Below, piece after piece: positions 31,528 to 40,390 of a DNA stretch of 64,000 nt. Both the position numbers and the translations under genes were made by a program. The stretch lies in NCBI GenBank assembly GCA_965237905.1, contig OZ250172.1, forward strand, positions 1,824,001-1,888,000. The letters run 5' to 3'. Position 1 is the stretch's first letter. Every line of letters begins with the position of its first letter. Origin of the DNA: Nitrospinaceae bacterium. Its GTDB lineage: Bacteria > Nitrospinota > Nitrospinia > Nitrospinales > Nitrospinaceae. Under the pieces are notes generated by a model. That model saw nothing but the letters and a program-made list of their open reading frames with translations. It was not told the DNA's origin and did no database searches.

Positions 31528-33108
31528 CTACGAGTAAACCCGGTAATCGATGTGGGAAAAGATGTTGTCCTTCGATTCGATATCAGCCAGCCAGGTTTCG
31601 TTAATCTTACCTTTACGAATATCTTTATACAGGCGGGTGAAGCGGACGAGGTGATCTTTGGTGCGTTTCACGGCATAGTCGACCATTGTCTGGGCGTACA
31701 TGATGAACGCCCAATCGCTCGCCTGTGCCAATAACAATTCCCGCGCCGCCTGGTTGAGGGCGCGTTCCTTCAATCCGGATGCTTGCGGATACTTTTGCGC
31801 CAGCTCCACCATCCGTCCTGCCGCTTTATGCAGGTGGCGGTAGACCCAGTCGTTCTTGTTGCTCAACCAGTGTTCGTGATACCCGTTGTAGCCCCAGCTG
31901 GAGGCGGCCGGGGTGGCGCAGGGATTCCTCGGATGCCGTTTCAGATATTCGGCGGGTGTGATCAAAGTAACCACCTCCTGATCCAAAGCGACCTTGCGTA
32001 ACAGAAAGTTGAGCCAGTCCGGTCCCTCGTACCACCAGTGGCCGAACAGTTCCGCATCGTACGGGGCCACCACGAGGGGTGGCCGGTCCATCACTCTCGC
32101 CAGAAGATTGATCTGCCTCTGCCGGTTGAACAGAAAATCGCTGGCATGGGACGCCGCCTTGCTTCGCGCGTGTTGCGGTTGATACGGTTCCTTGTGATCG
32201 GTTGTTCCCGTGATGCGGTGGTACTTGAAGCCGGTCATTTTGCGTTCGCCGGTGGCGGCGATGTAGGGCCGGATGTAATCGTGATCGAGGTCGTACCCGA
32301 TATCACGGTAAAAATCCCGGTAGTCGACATCGCCGGGATAGCCTTCCTCAGAACTCCACACCTGTTTGGACGATTTCGCGTCGCGTCCGAAGGCCGCCAC
32401 GCCGTTGGGGCAGAAGATGGGGGTGTGCACGCCATGCTGGGGTCGCGGCTGGGCGAACAGCAGTCCGTGGGTTTCCAGAAAGAAATAGCCGAATCCCGCC
32501 TCCGCCAGATAAGTTTCGATGCCCGGTACGTAAGCGCATTCGGGCAGCCAGATGCCGGAAGGTTTGATGCCCAGGAAATGCTCATGCGTCTGCACCGCGA
32601 CTTGGATTTGGGCGCGCACCGCGTTGGGCACCAGATTCATCAGAGGCAGATAGCCATGCGTGGCCGCACAGGTGATGATCTCGAGATGTCCCTCCTCCAT
32701 GAAATCCTTGAAAGCCTGCACGAGGTTGTGGTGGTAGCGGTCGACGAACAGATCCCGCGCCTGATTCAGCTTATCAAAATACATCCGGGCCAGCGGCTGA
32801 ATCTCCGGCTGGTTGCGGGTGCGCTCGATTTCCTTTTCCGCAAGTTCCAGCGAGCGGTCCAGAAACCGGATGGTGCGCCGCTGCAGCAGGTCGTCGCTCA
32901 ACATCGACAACAGAGTCGGTGTTAGGGACATCGTCAACTTAAAGGGCACACCATCCTGCACCAGTCCGTGGAATACTTGAATCAGGGGAATATAGGTTTC
33001 GGTGATGGCCTGGAACAACCAGTCCTCTTCTAAAAATTCCGGGTGCTCCGGGTGCCGGACGAAAGGCAGGTGGGCATGCAGGACCAGCGACAGATAACCT
33101 TGGGTCAT
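31528..33108 (-). CDS. GH57 1,4-alpha-glucan branching enzyme (DUF1957)
   Basis: LHAHLPFV, ETYIPL, GIWLPEC, YDAELFGHWWYEG, LAQASDWAF. Confidence 0.92.
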   Translation of the reverse strand: MTQGYLSLVLHAHLPFVRHPEHPEFLEEDWLFQAITETYIPLIQVFHGLVQDGVPFKLTMSLTPTLLSMLSDDLLQRRTIRFLDRSLELAEKEIERTRNQPEIQPLARMYFDKLNQARDLFVDRYHHNLVQAFKDFMEEGHLEIITCAATHGYLPLMNLVPNAVRAQIQVAVQTHEHFLGIKPSGIWLPECAYVPGIETYLAEAGFGYFFLETHGLLFAQPRPQHGVHTPIFCPNGVAAFGRDAKSSKQVWSSEEGYPGDVDYRDFYRDIGYDLDHDYIRPYIAATGERKMTGFKYHRITGTTDHKEPYQPQHARSKAASHASDFLFNRQRQINLLARVMDRPPLVVAPYDAELFGHWWYEGPDWLNFLLRKVALDQEVVTLITPAEYLKRHPRNPCATPAASSWGYNGYHEHWLSNKNDWVYRHLHKAAGRMVELAQKYPQASGLKERALNQAARELLLAQASDWAFIMYAQTMVDYAVKRTKDHLVRFTRLYKDIRKGKINETWLADIESKDNIFSHIDYRVYS

Positions 33109-33109
33109 A

Positions 33110-34030
33110 TTATTCGGACTGGGAAGACGGCGGTTTGGTGAAGCCGGATCCGCTGGGAGAGGCCGGCGTTTCCGAAGGAGCGGTTCCCTCTGGGGCGATT
33201 GTTTCCGAGGGATGGTCCAGAGGCAGAATGACGGGATTCGATTGGGCGGTGGCCCGGAACATGCCGGAAGTATCCATCACTCCGATCTCTACAGTGAACC
33301 GCGCGCCCGGACGCGAAAGGTCCAAGTAATAGCTACCGGTTTTTACGTTGATATCGATATCAAAATAGTGGCCCTTGTCCTCCACCGGGTGGAGCGCGGC
33401 GGAATACACCCGCAATACCCAGCGGGCATCGGTAGCGGATTGGCCCGTTCTTTTCAATAGATCCCGCACTTGTGCCGCATCAAGATCCCAATAGGCATAG
33501 GCCCAGTTGGGATCGCGCGCCAACACCGCCAGACGATGATCGCCATAGCGTTCGGGCAGGTCTGATGGGATTTCCACAGATTTAGAGAGCGCCTGGCTTT
33601 CAATCGTTTCGGGAGAGCGGGCCGTTTGGGATTTGCGCGTGACGGACTTTTTCGCGGGAGCTTTTTTTACTTTTCCTTTTGCAGGACTTTTTTTGAGCAT
33701 CGCCTTCTTTTTAGTCGGAGTTTGTTTCCGTTTAGTAGAAGCAGTTTTACGCGAGGTGGATTTGGGTTTCCGCGCCATTTTAGCCTTGGATATCTTCGAG
33801 CCTTTCTTTTTCGAGGTCTTTTTGGCTGTTTTGGAAACGGGGGTTCGTTTACGGGTTTTTGCGGTGGCCGTCTTGGATTTTTTTTGTGCTTCGATTTTCC
33901 GGAGACCTTTTTTGATGGCTTTGATCAATTCATCCTTGAGCATTCCGGACGTCACCGGAATTTTTTTGCGCCGGGCCAGCGCTGTTAATTCGGCTTTGGT
34001 TTTGTTCGATAAATCCGAAGTCCGCTTCAT
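33110..34030 (-). CDS. DUF4912 domain protein with Rho-N-like helix pair and Lys-rich linker
   Basis: LPERYGDHRLAVLARDPNWAYAYWD and SN..LP motifs; N-terminal KAELTALARRKKI..KDELIKAI; 1-nt gap to the GH57 gene. Confidence 0.85.
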   Translation of the reverse strand: MKRTSDLSNKTKAELTALARRKKIPVTSGMLKDELIKAIKKGLRKIEAQKKSKTATAKTRKRTPVSKTAKKTSKKKGSKISKAKMARKPKSTSRKTASTKRKQTPTKKKAMLKKSPAKGKVKKAPAKKSVTRKSQTARSPETIESQALSKSVEIPSDLPERYGDHRLAVLARDPNWAYAYWDLDAAQVRDLLKRTGQSATDARWVLRVYSAALHPVEDKGHYFDIDINVKTGSYYLDLSRPGARFTVEIGVMDTSGMFRATAQSNPVILPLDHPSETIAPEGTAPSETPASPSGSGFTKPPSSQSE

Positions 34031-34304
34031 GAGTTTAAGTCCAGGAGAAGATTATTGTTTTCTGTCGGGGTCGGACAAAATGCCAACAGGATCATTTCCT
34101 ATTATAGGAACGTGGGTTTTACAATGGTTTTTCAGGAAGGGCTGAGAGAACCTCCTGTCCCATAATACTTCGACTTATAGTGCAGTGATTTTTTTTGTAG
34201 CGTATTTTAATTGAATCGTTTCTAATTGTAGCAAGGTATAAAATGGAAATCATCCAATCATCTGAAGCCAATAGCTGCAAATCTCCTTAGCTGGCCGTTT
34301 ATCT

Positions 34305-35189
34305 ATGTACGAAGTTAACAAAATATGCGAGCAGGGGAAACCCCTTTCCTTGAAGACGGACGGCCATTTGCGCGTGGTTTTTATCGGCGTGGGGTCTGCA
34401 TTTGCCAAAAGGCGGCGTCAATCCAACATCCTGGTGATCCAGGGGGACCACCATATACTGATTGATTGCGGTACCCAGGGGCCTTTGGCACTGAATGATA
34501 TCGGCTTGAGCGTGCAGGATGTGACTTGTTATCTTCCGACCCACAGTCATGCCGACCATATTGGTGGTTTTGAGGAAATCATGCTGATGAACCGGTACAG
34601 CCCATCCCCGCGGCAACCGAAGCTGGTTATTCTGCGGGATTACCAGGATCTGCTGTGGAGTAAAAGTTTGTCGGGCGGTGCGGAATACTGTGAAGTCGAT
34701 CAGGGTCGGTCTCTCCAAATAATCGATTTCTTTGATATTCTTCGGCCTAATCCAATCGAAGCCTATGGCCGGAAATGCTGGGTGCTTCAATACGGACCGA
34801 TCGAGTTGTTGATTACACGAACCCGTCATTTCCCGGACAGTGCCCTCAATGTGGATGAATCCCAATGGTGCTCGGGGGTGTTTATCAACAAAAAGGTATG
34901 GATTTCCGGGGACACCATGTTTGACCGGGAATATCCGGAGCGCTTCAGCGAGGAAGCGGAGGCGATGTTTCATGATTGCCAGTTGTTTCAAGGCGGAGTG
35001 CACGCCTCCTATCAGGAGTTGATGACCCTGCCCCGGGAGGTTCGACAAAAGATGTACCTGTATCATTTTGGCGATAATTGGGATGCTCCCGAGACATGGG
35101 TGCAAAATGCCGACAAATTTACCGGAGATCCCCTGCAGGACGGTTTTCTGGGTTGGACCCAACAGCAAGTAGCCTACGACTTTTATTAG
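34305..35189 (+). CDS. MBL-fold metallo-hydrolase, Apyc1-like cyclic nucleotide phosphodiesterase
   Basis: GVGSAFAK, LIDCG, THSHADHIGGFEE, LW..SL.GG, SGDT, FHDCQL, VHA, YLYHFGD. Confidence 0.8.
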   Translation: MYEVNKICEQGKPLSLKTDGHLRVVFIGVGSAFAKRRRQSNILVIQGDHHILIDCGTQGPLALNDIGLSVQDVTCYLPTHSHADHIGGFEEIMLMNRYSPSPRQPKLVILRDYQDLLWSKSLSGGAEYCEVDQGRSLQIIDFFDILRPNPIEAYGRKCWVLQYGPIELLITRTRHFPDSALNVDESQWCSGVFINKKVWISGDTMFDREYPERFSEEAEAMFHDCQLFQGGVHASYQELMTLPREVRQKMYLYHFGDNWDAPETWVQNADKFTGDPLQDGFLGWTQQQVAYDFY

Positions 35190-35389
35190 GCCTTCTCCTA
35201 TCTTCCGCTTTCCAACCGCTCACGGTTTCTCCTGAAAACACATCCCAACGGACCAGCTGGCACAACGCTCTTATAACCTTATAGAACAATCACTTGTGGG
35301 GTAAAAATTTTACTTTAAATTTTTGAGGTTATAACGGATACTGTTTAGACATAACACATTAACAATAACTGTAAGTATTGGGAGGCATC

Positions 35390-35722
35390 ATGAGCTGTTT
35401 CTTAATGATTAATAATTGGTCCGGCGACGATCAAATGCATGCTACGGAAAAAATGGCCCGTGTGTTTCGTATGGATCCTGAGGAAGCGGATGCTGTTGTT
35501 GATAACCTGGCCCACGGCAATCCCTGGCAGTTCGACCATCAGGTTTCTGACCGGCAATCTGAGGTTGCGGAACCCTACCTGCAGAGCCTGGGTTTTGAAG
35601 TGGAACGCATTCCCGTGATGATGGATGATGGCATGGGTATAGGCATGTCGATGGGTGACTTCAGCGAAAGCAAACCGGGTCTTTTTGGCAAGATCAAAGG
35701 TTTGTTCAAGAAAAAACGTTAA
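35390..35722 (+). CDS. Small hypothetical protein, paralogous to the N-terminal domain of the next gene
   Basis: GGAGG RBS; aligns by eye with the first ~73 aa of the 35782 ORF. Confidence 0.75.
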   Translation: MSCFLMINNWSGDDQMHATEKMARVFRMDPEEADAVVDNLAHGNPWQFDHQVSDRQSEVAEPYLQSLGFEVERIPVMMDDGMGIGMSMGDFSESKPGLFGKIKGLFKKKR

Positions 35723-35781
35723 ACGCATTGGTTGGTTGACTGGTGGCTTTCTATTAACTTCTTTCAAATTCGATTTCCATT

Positions 35782-37164
35782 ATGAGCTATTTCCTTATTC
35801 TGAGCGCTTTTGCCGGTGGTGACAAGGACGCCGCCGCGAAAAAACTAGCGTTGATGTTTCGCATGACGCCTCAGCAAGCGAACGCCATTATTGAGAAGGT
35901 TGCGAAGGGTCAGGCGTGGCAGGCCCCGACAAGAGTCTCGGACAAGCAGGCCTCCGTTGCGGAAAACTATCTGAGAGCCATCGGTTTTCAAGTCGAGCGA
36001 TCTGGAGAGCAGGAGGGGGTGGACCCGATTGCCGAGTCGGTCACTCTCGAAGAAGAGCCACAAAATAAAGCCCCTCAACCTCAAACGACCGCGGCATCCA
36101 CCTCACGCGCCGCCGCCCCAGGTACCCCTCCATCGGGTTCGAATGGGTTGTCCATCGGCTTTCATGGCAGCGGGGGCGGACTGTTCAAAATCATGCTGGT
36201 CAACTGGATCTTGACGATTCTCACTTTGGGAATTTATTCTTTTTGGGGGAAAACCAAAGTTCGCCGTTATTTGTGCGAGCAATCCTCCTTTGTGCGGGAT
36301 CGGTTTTATTATCATGGCACCGGAGGTGAGCTGTTTAAGGGAGCTATGATTTTTGGTGCAATGTTTGGCTTGTTCAATCTGGGGGTCTACTCCGTAGGCC
36401 AGGTTTGGGGGGTGCAGGCTCAGGGGATAGCGGAAATCTGTGGAGCCTTTCTTATTCTACTCCTTTTGCCAGTAATCATGGTCGGCGCTTTTCGGTACCG
36501 ACTATCGCGGACGGCGTGGCGGGGCATTCGATTTTCATTTCGGGGCAAGCGTAAAAGTGCTCTATGGCTCTATATCAAGGGATGTATATTGATGATTTTA
36601 ACCTTCTATTTTTACTGGCCGTTCTTTATTGTCAAGATCCAGAAATTCTGGAGAAGTGAGTCCTATTTTGGCAGCCAGTCTTTTAATTATGATGGAAAAG
36701 GTGGAGATATTTTCAAAGCTTTTCTTTTGATGATTTTATTGTATATCGTGACCATAGGCGTTTCGGTTGCGTTGCCAACGCTGTTTCCGGGGATTGACCA
36801 AAAGCTGGTCAAGATCATTTTACCAGTCATGTGGATTCCTTTGATGATAGGCTTCCTGTATTATACTGTTTACATGGATCGATATCACTGGTCCAAAACC
36901 CAATTTGCCGGCGGCAGGTTCAACTATGATGCAACGGCCTGGCAATGGTTCTTTTTGAGCTTTACCAATTTACTTATCGTTGTATTTACACTGGGCTTTG
37001 GCATTCCATGGGCTACTGTCCGGTCCCGCCAGTTTTTGGCGGATCACCTGGCAGTGGCCGGCAACATGCAGTTGTCCCAGGTTGTCCAGGAAGCGCAAAA
37101 GAGCAGTGCCCTAGGTGAAGGCGTGGCTGATGGTTTTGATATGGACATCGACATTGGAATTTGA
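35782..37164 (+). CDS. YjgN/DUF898 family inner membrane protein with an extra N-terminal domain
   Basis: FHGSGG..FKIMLVNWILTILTLGIYSFWGKTK.RRY, SRTAWRGIRFSF, FTLGFGIPWA. Confidence 0.88.
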   Translation: MSYFLILSAFAGGDKDAAAKKLALMFRMTPQQANAIIEKVAKGQAWQAPTRVSDKQASVAENYLRAIGFQVERSGEQEGVDPIAESVTLEEEPQNKAPQPQTTAASTSRAAAPGTPPSGSNGLSIGFHGSGGGLFKIMLVNWILTILTLGIYSFWGKTKVRRYLCEQSSFVRDRFYYHGTGGELFKGAMIFGAMFGLFNLGVYSVGQVWGVQAQGIAEICGAFLILLLLPVIMVGAFRYRLSRTAWRGIRFSFRGKRKSALWLYIKGCILMILTFYFYWPFFIVKIQKFWRSESYFGSQSFNYDGKGGDIFKAFLLMILLYIVTIGVSVALPTLFPGIDQKLVKIILPVMWIPLMIGFLYYTVYMDRYHWSKTQFAGGRFNYDATAWQWFFLSFTNLLIVVFTLGFGIPWATVRSRQFLADHLAVAGNMQLSQVVQEAQKSSALGEGVADGFDMDIDIGI

Positions 37165-37194
37165 CCGATTCGAACCCCTGTTTCCCCATAAAAT

Positions 37195-38460
37195 ATGAGC
37201 GCCACGAAATCCGAGTTCTCGGGTACCTTTTATGACGGGAGAAGCGCCAACAAATACCCGGTCAAGCTTTTCCTGACCAAGGCCCAGGTGGAACTTGTTT
37301 TCCCGGACGGCCGCCGGATTTCCTGGCTCTATCCTAACCTGAAATTATCCAAGACGAGCGCCACAAGCCCTGCTCGCCTGGAACGTTCCACTTCCAACCC
37401 GAATGTAATCCCTGAATCCGTAGTTATCGAAGATCCGGATTTTCTTCATGAAGCACACCGAGTGGCCCCGGGAGCGTTGGGAACCGTTTGGAACCAACCC
37501 CATAAAAGGAAGTTGAGATATGTGTTGATGATTCTGGCGTTGGTAATCCTTCCTCCTTTTGTTTTTGCGATTTGGGTGTATGCCATCCCGGCAATGACCG
37601 ATGCGGTTGCCGATCAAATTCCGACGGAATGGGAAGAGAAGTTGGGCCAAGATTACTTTCAGGTTTTATTTAAAGAATCCTTGAAGGAACCGGATCCCAA
37701 AGTACAAAAAGCACTGGATACCATTTCCAAGCGATTGCTTACGGCGGTTCCGGATCAACCTTATCATTTTAGGATTTATGTGCATCCGTCCAAAATGGTC
37801 AACGCCCTGGCCTTGCCGGGTGGAACTGTTGTGGTGTTTCAGGGGCTTATCAATATCACGGAAACACCGGAAGAGTTGGCGGGGGTGTTGGCGCATGAGT
37901 TTCAGCATGTATTAAAGCGTCACTCCACGCGCGGTATTATTCGGTCTGAGGCGATCAATATATTTGCAACCGTTGTTTCCGGCGACTCCATGATGAATGT
38001 TATTTTACAGGCGGGCGGCATGATGGAATTTTTACGTTACAGCCGAAAGTTGGAGTCGGAGGCAGATGCCGAGGGGATGAAGATGATGGTGGCCGCCCAG
38101 ATCGATCCCCAGGGGATGGTCCGGATGTTTGAGCATTTGGAACGAGAACAACATCGGCAACTGGAAGCGCTCGAAAAAAAATCGGAAGGTATTGATCCTA
38201 AAGAAGAAGATTCGCCTAAGAAAGATTCCAAAAAGGAAGCGCCGAAGGATAAGGATAAGGATAAAGATAGTGAAGCGTCAAAAACTCCAGAGTGGATGAA
38301 ATATTTGTCCACCCATCCCGCAGGCGAGGACCGTGTTGAAATCCTCAAAAAAATGGCGGAAGCCTCTACCACGAAACCCAAGCCTCTTCTCCCCGGTTTT
38401 GACTGGAAAAGCATGCACCGGGAAACGAAAGAATCAAAAGAATCAGGTTTCATCTTCTAA
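37195..38460 (+). CDS. M48 family metallopeptidase
   Basis: VNALALPGG, LAHEFQHV (HExxH), YSRKLESEAD, LSTHP; the usual partner of YjgN. Confidence 0.9.
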   Translation: MSATKSEFSGTFYDGRSANKYPVKLFLTKAQVELVFPDGRRISWLYPNLKLSKTSATSPARLERSTSNPNVIPESVVIEDPDFLHEAHRVAPGALGTVWNQPHKRKLRYVLMILALVILPPFVFAIWVYAIPAMTDAVADQIPTEWEEKLGQDYFQVLFKESLKEPDPKVQKALDTISKRLLTAVPDQPYHFRIYVHPSKMVNALALPGGTVVVFQGLINITETPEELAGVLAHEFQHVLKRHSTRGIIRSEAINIFATVVSGDSMMNVILQAGGMMEFLRYSRKLESEADAEGMKMMVAAQIDPQGMVRMFEHLEREQHRQLEALEKKSEGIDPKEEDSPKKDSKKEAPKDKDKDKDSEASKTPEWMKYLSTHPAGEDRVEILKKMAEASTTKPKPLLPGFDWKSMHRETKESKESGFIF

Positions 38461-38478
38461 ATACTTCTCGGAGTCTTC

Positions 38479-39450
38479 ATGATCGTCGTTACCGGCGGGG
38501 CGGGTTTTATAGGAAGTGCCCTCGTTCATGCCCTCAATCGGCGCGGATGCACCGATATTTGTGTCGTCGATATTGAGGATCATCCAGAAAAGAAGAATAA
38601 TCTGGCCCCGCTGAAATTTGCGCGTCTCGTTAGCCCGGACACATTCCTTGAACAGGTGCTTGCCGGGTCCTTGAAAGGAATGGACACCTTGTTTCACCTG
38701 GGCGCTTGTTCCTCAACCACGGAAACGGACGTTGACTTTCTCAACCGAAATAATTTTCAGTTTACCCAGCATTTGGCGCGGTACTGTTTGGATCGGGGCA
38801 TCCGGTTCATCTACGCTTCCAGTGCGGCCACCTATGGTGATGGTCAGCAAGGGTATTCAGATGACGTTTCCCGTTTGGCAACGTTAAAACCTCTCAATCC
38901 GTACGGTCAGAGCAAACAGGATTTTGACGTATGGGCCCAGCAGGAAGGAGTGTTGGACCGGATGGTGGGCCTCAAATATTTTAACGTCTTCGGGCCCAAC
39001 GAGTATCATAAGGAAGACATGCGAAGCATGGTGCTGAAAGGGTACGAGCAGATTCGCGACACGGGCAAGATCCGCCTGTTCAAGTCCTATCGCAACGAGT
39101 ATGGCGACGGGCAGCAGGTGCGGGATTTTATTTACGTTCAGGACGCGGTGGCGATGACCCTGTTTTTCCAGGACCACCCGGAGATCAACGGACTGTTCAA
39201 CGTAGGGTCCGGGCAGGCGCGTTGCTGGAACGATCTGGCGGGGGCGCTCTTCGGCGCCATGAGCCGGGAGCCGGTGATCGAATACATCGAGATGCCCGAC
39301 TCCATACGGGACCAGTACCAATACCACACCTGCGCGGAGATGGATGAAATTCGGCGCGCGGGGTATGACCGCCCCACGCTCTCCCTGGAAGATGCTGTCA
39401 GCGATTACGTCAACCAATACCTCATTCCCGGCAAGCACCTGATTCCCTGA
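38479..39450 (+). CDS. hldD: ADP-L-glycero-D-manno-heptose 6-epimerase
   Basis: MIVVTGGAGFIGS, GACSSTTE, YASSAATYG, PLNPYGQSK, YFNVFGPNEYHK, YQYHT. Confidence 0.93.
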   Translation: MIVVTGGAGFIGSALVHALNRRGCTDICVVDIEDHPEKKNNLAPLKFARLVSPDTFLEQVLAGSLKGMDTLFHLGACSSTTETDVDFLNRNNFQFTQHLARYCLDRGIRFIYASSAATYGDGQQGYSDDVSRLATLKPLNPYGQSKQDFDVWAQQEGVLDRMVGLKYFNVFGPNEYHKEDMRSMVLKGYEQIRDTGKIRLFKSYRNEYGDGQQVRDFIYVQDAVAMTLFFQDHPEINGLFNVGSGQARCWNDLAGALFGAMSREPVIEYIEMPDSIRDQYQYHTCAEMDEIRRAGYDRPTLSLEDAVSDYVNQYLIPGKHLIP

Positions 39451-39558
39451 TACGAGCGGTAAAAAGCGGCCAGAATTATGTTGGATTTAATTCCATTCCT
39501 CTCCAGGTTTTGATACCCTTTTTGGCGAACTTGCCCACAGATTAGAAGGAAAATACCG

Positions 39559-40218
39559 ATGAATGATTTTTCTGAAGAGAGCTTAGTCGCGTTTCTCGAA
39601 GATAACAGAGAGCAGACAGAAACGGAGACTGTTTTGAAAAAGGGGGAAGCCATCCTAACACTGTTGTCGAATCAGCTCAGTCTTCCTTCCATGGCCCACA
39701 TGCATTTATCCAGCGTGGATTTATGCGGGGTGGATATGGCCTATGTCGATTTGTGCGGAGCCAATCTGGAAGACGCACTTTTGATCGGCACGGTTTTCTC
39801 TCAGGCGGATTTGATGGAGGCTAATCTTACCCGGGCCAATCTGGGCGGCACCACCTTTTTCGACGCTGATATCAGCAATGCCTGTTTTCAGGAAGCCAAC
39901 CTGGCCAAGGTGGATTTTACCGAGGTGAATGCGGAAGGAGCCAAATTCACCGGCGCGGATATTGGTCACGGATCGATTCTGATGGATGCTAATTTTGCCG
40001 GCGCCGATTTATCCAAGGCCAGCCTGCAGGGCGCCAAGCTGAGGTCGGCTGACTTGACCGGCGCGAATTTGATAGGAGCCGACCTGCGTGGGGCTGAGAA
40101 TCTGACCTGCGATCAACTCCGTTCCGCAATCATCGATGCCACGACACGGCTCCCGGCCTATATGAAAATCAACTGGATCAACGACAGCGAATACGATTGT
40201 CAAATCAATGAGGATTAG
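39559..40218 (+). CDS. Pentapeptide repeat protein
   Basis: Repeating A(D/N)Lxx pentamers, AENLT..QL..A cap. Confidence 0.9.
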   Translation: MNDFSEESLVAFLEDNREQTETETVLKKGEAILTLLSNQLSLPSMAHMHLSSVDLCGVDMAYVDLCGANLEDALLIGTVFSQADLMEANLTRANLGGTTFFDADISNACFQEANLAKVDFTEVNAEGAKFTGADIGHGSILMDANFAGADLSKASLQGAKLRSADLTGANLIGADLRGAENLTCDQLRSAIIDATTRLPAYMKINWINDSEYDCQINED

Positions 40219-40390
40219 CAGCTTCGACTCATCGACCAGCGTGACGCTGGACCCAATTTTTCCTCTCCTCCAGAGTGACGGTCAAGGTGAGCCGGCGTAG
40301 CGCCGGGGCAGATTTCGCAGGGGAGTAAGGGGCGCTAGAATAGTTATCTTCGCCAATCGGGGTTTTAAAGTTACCAGCGGAGGTACTCCG

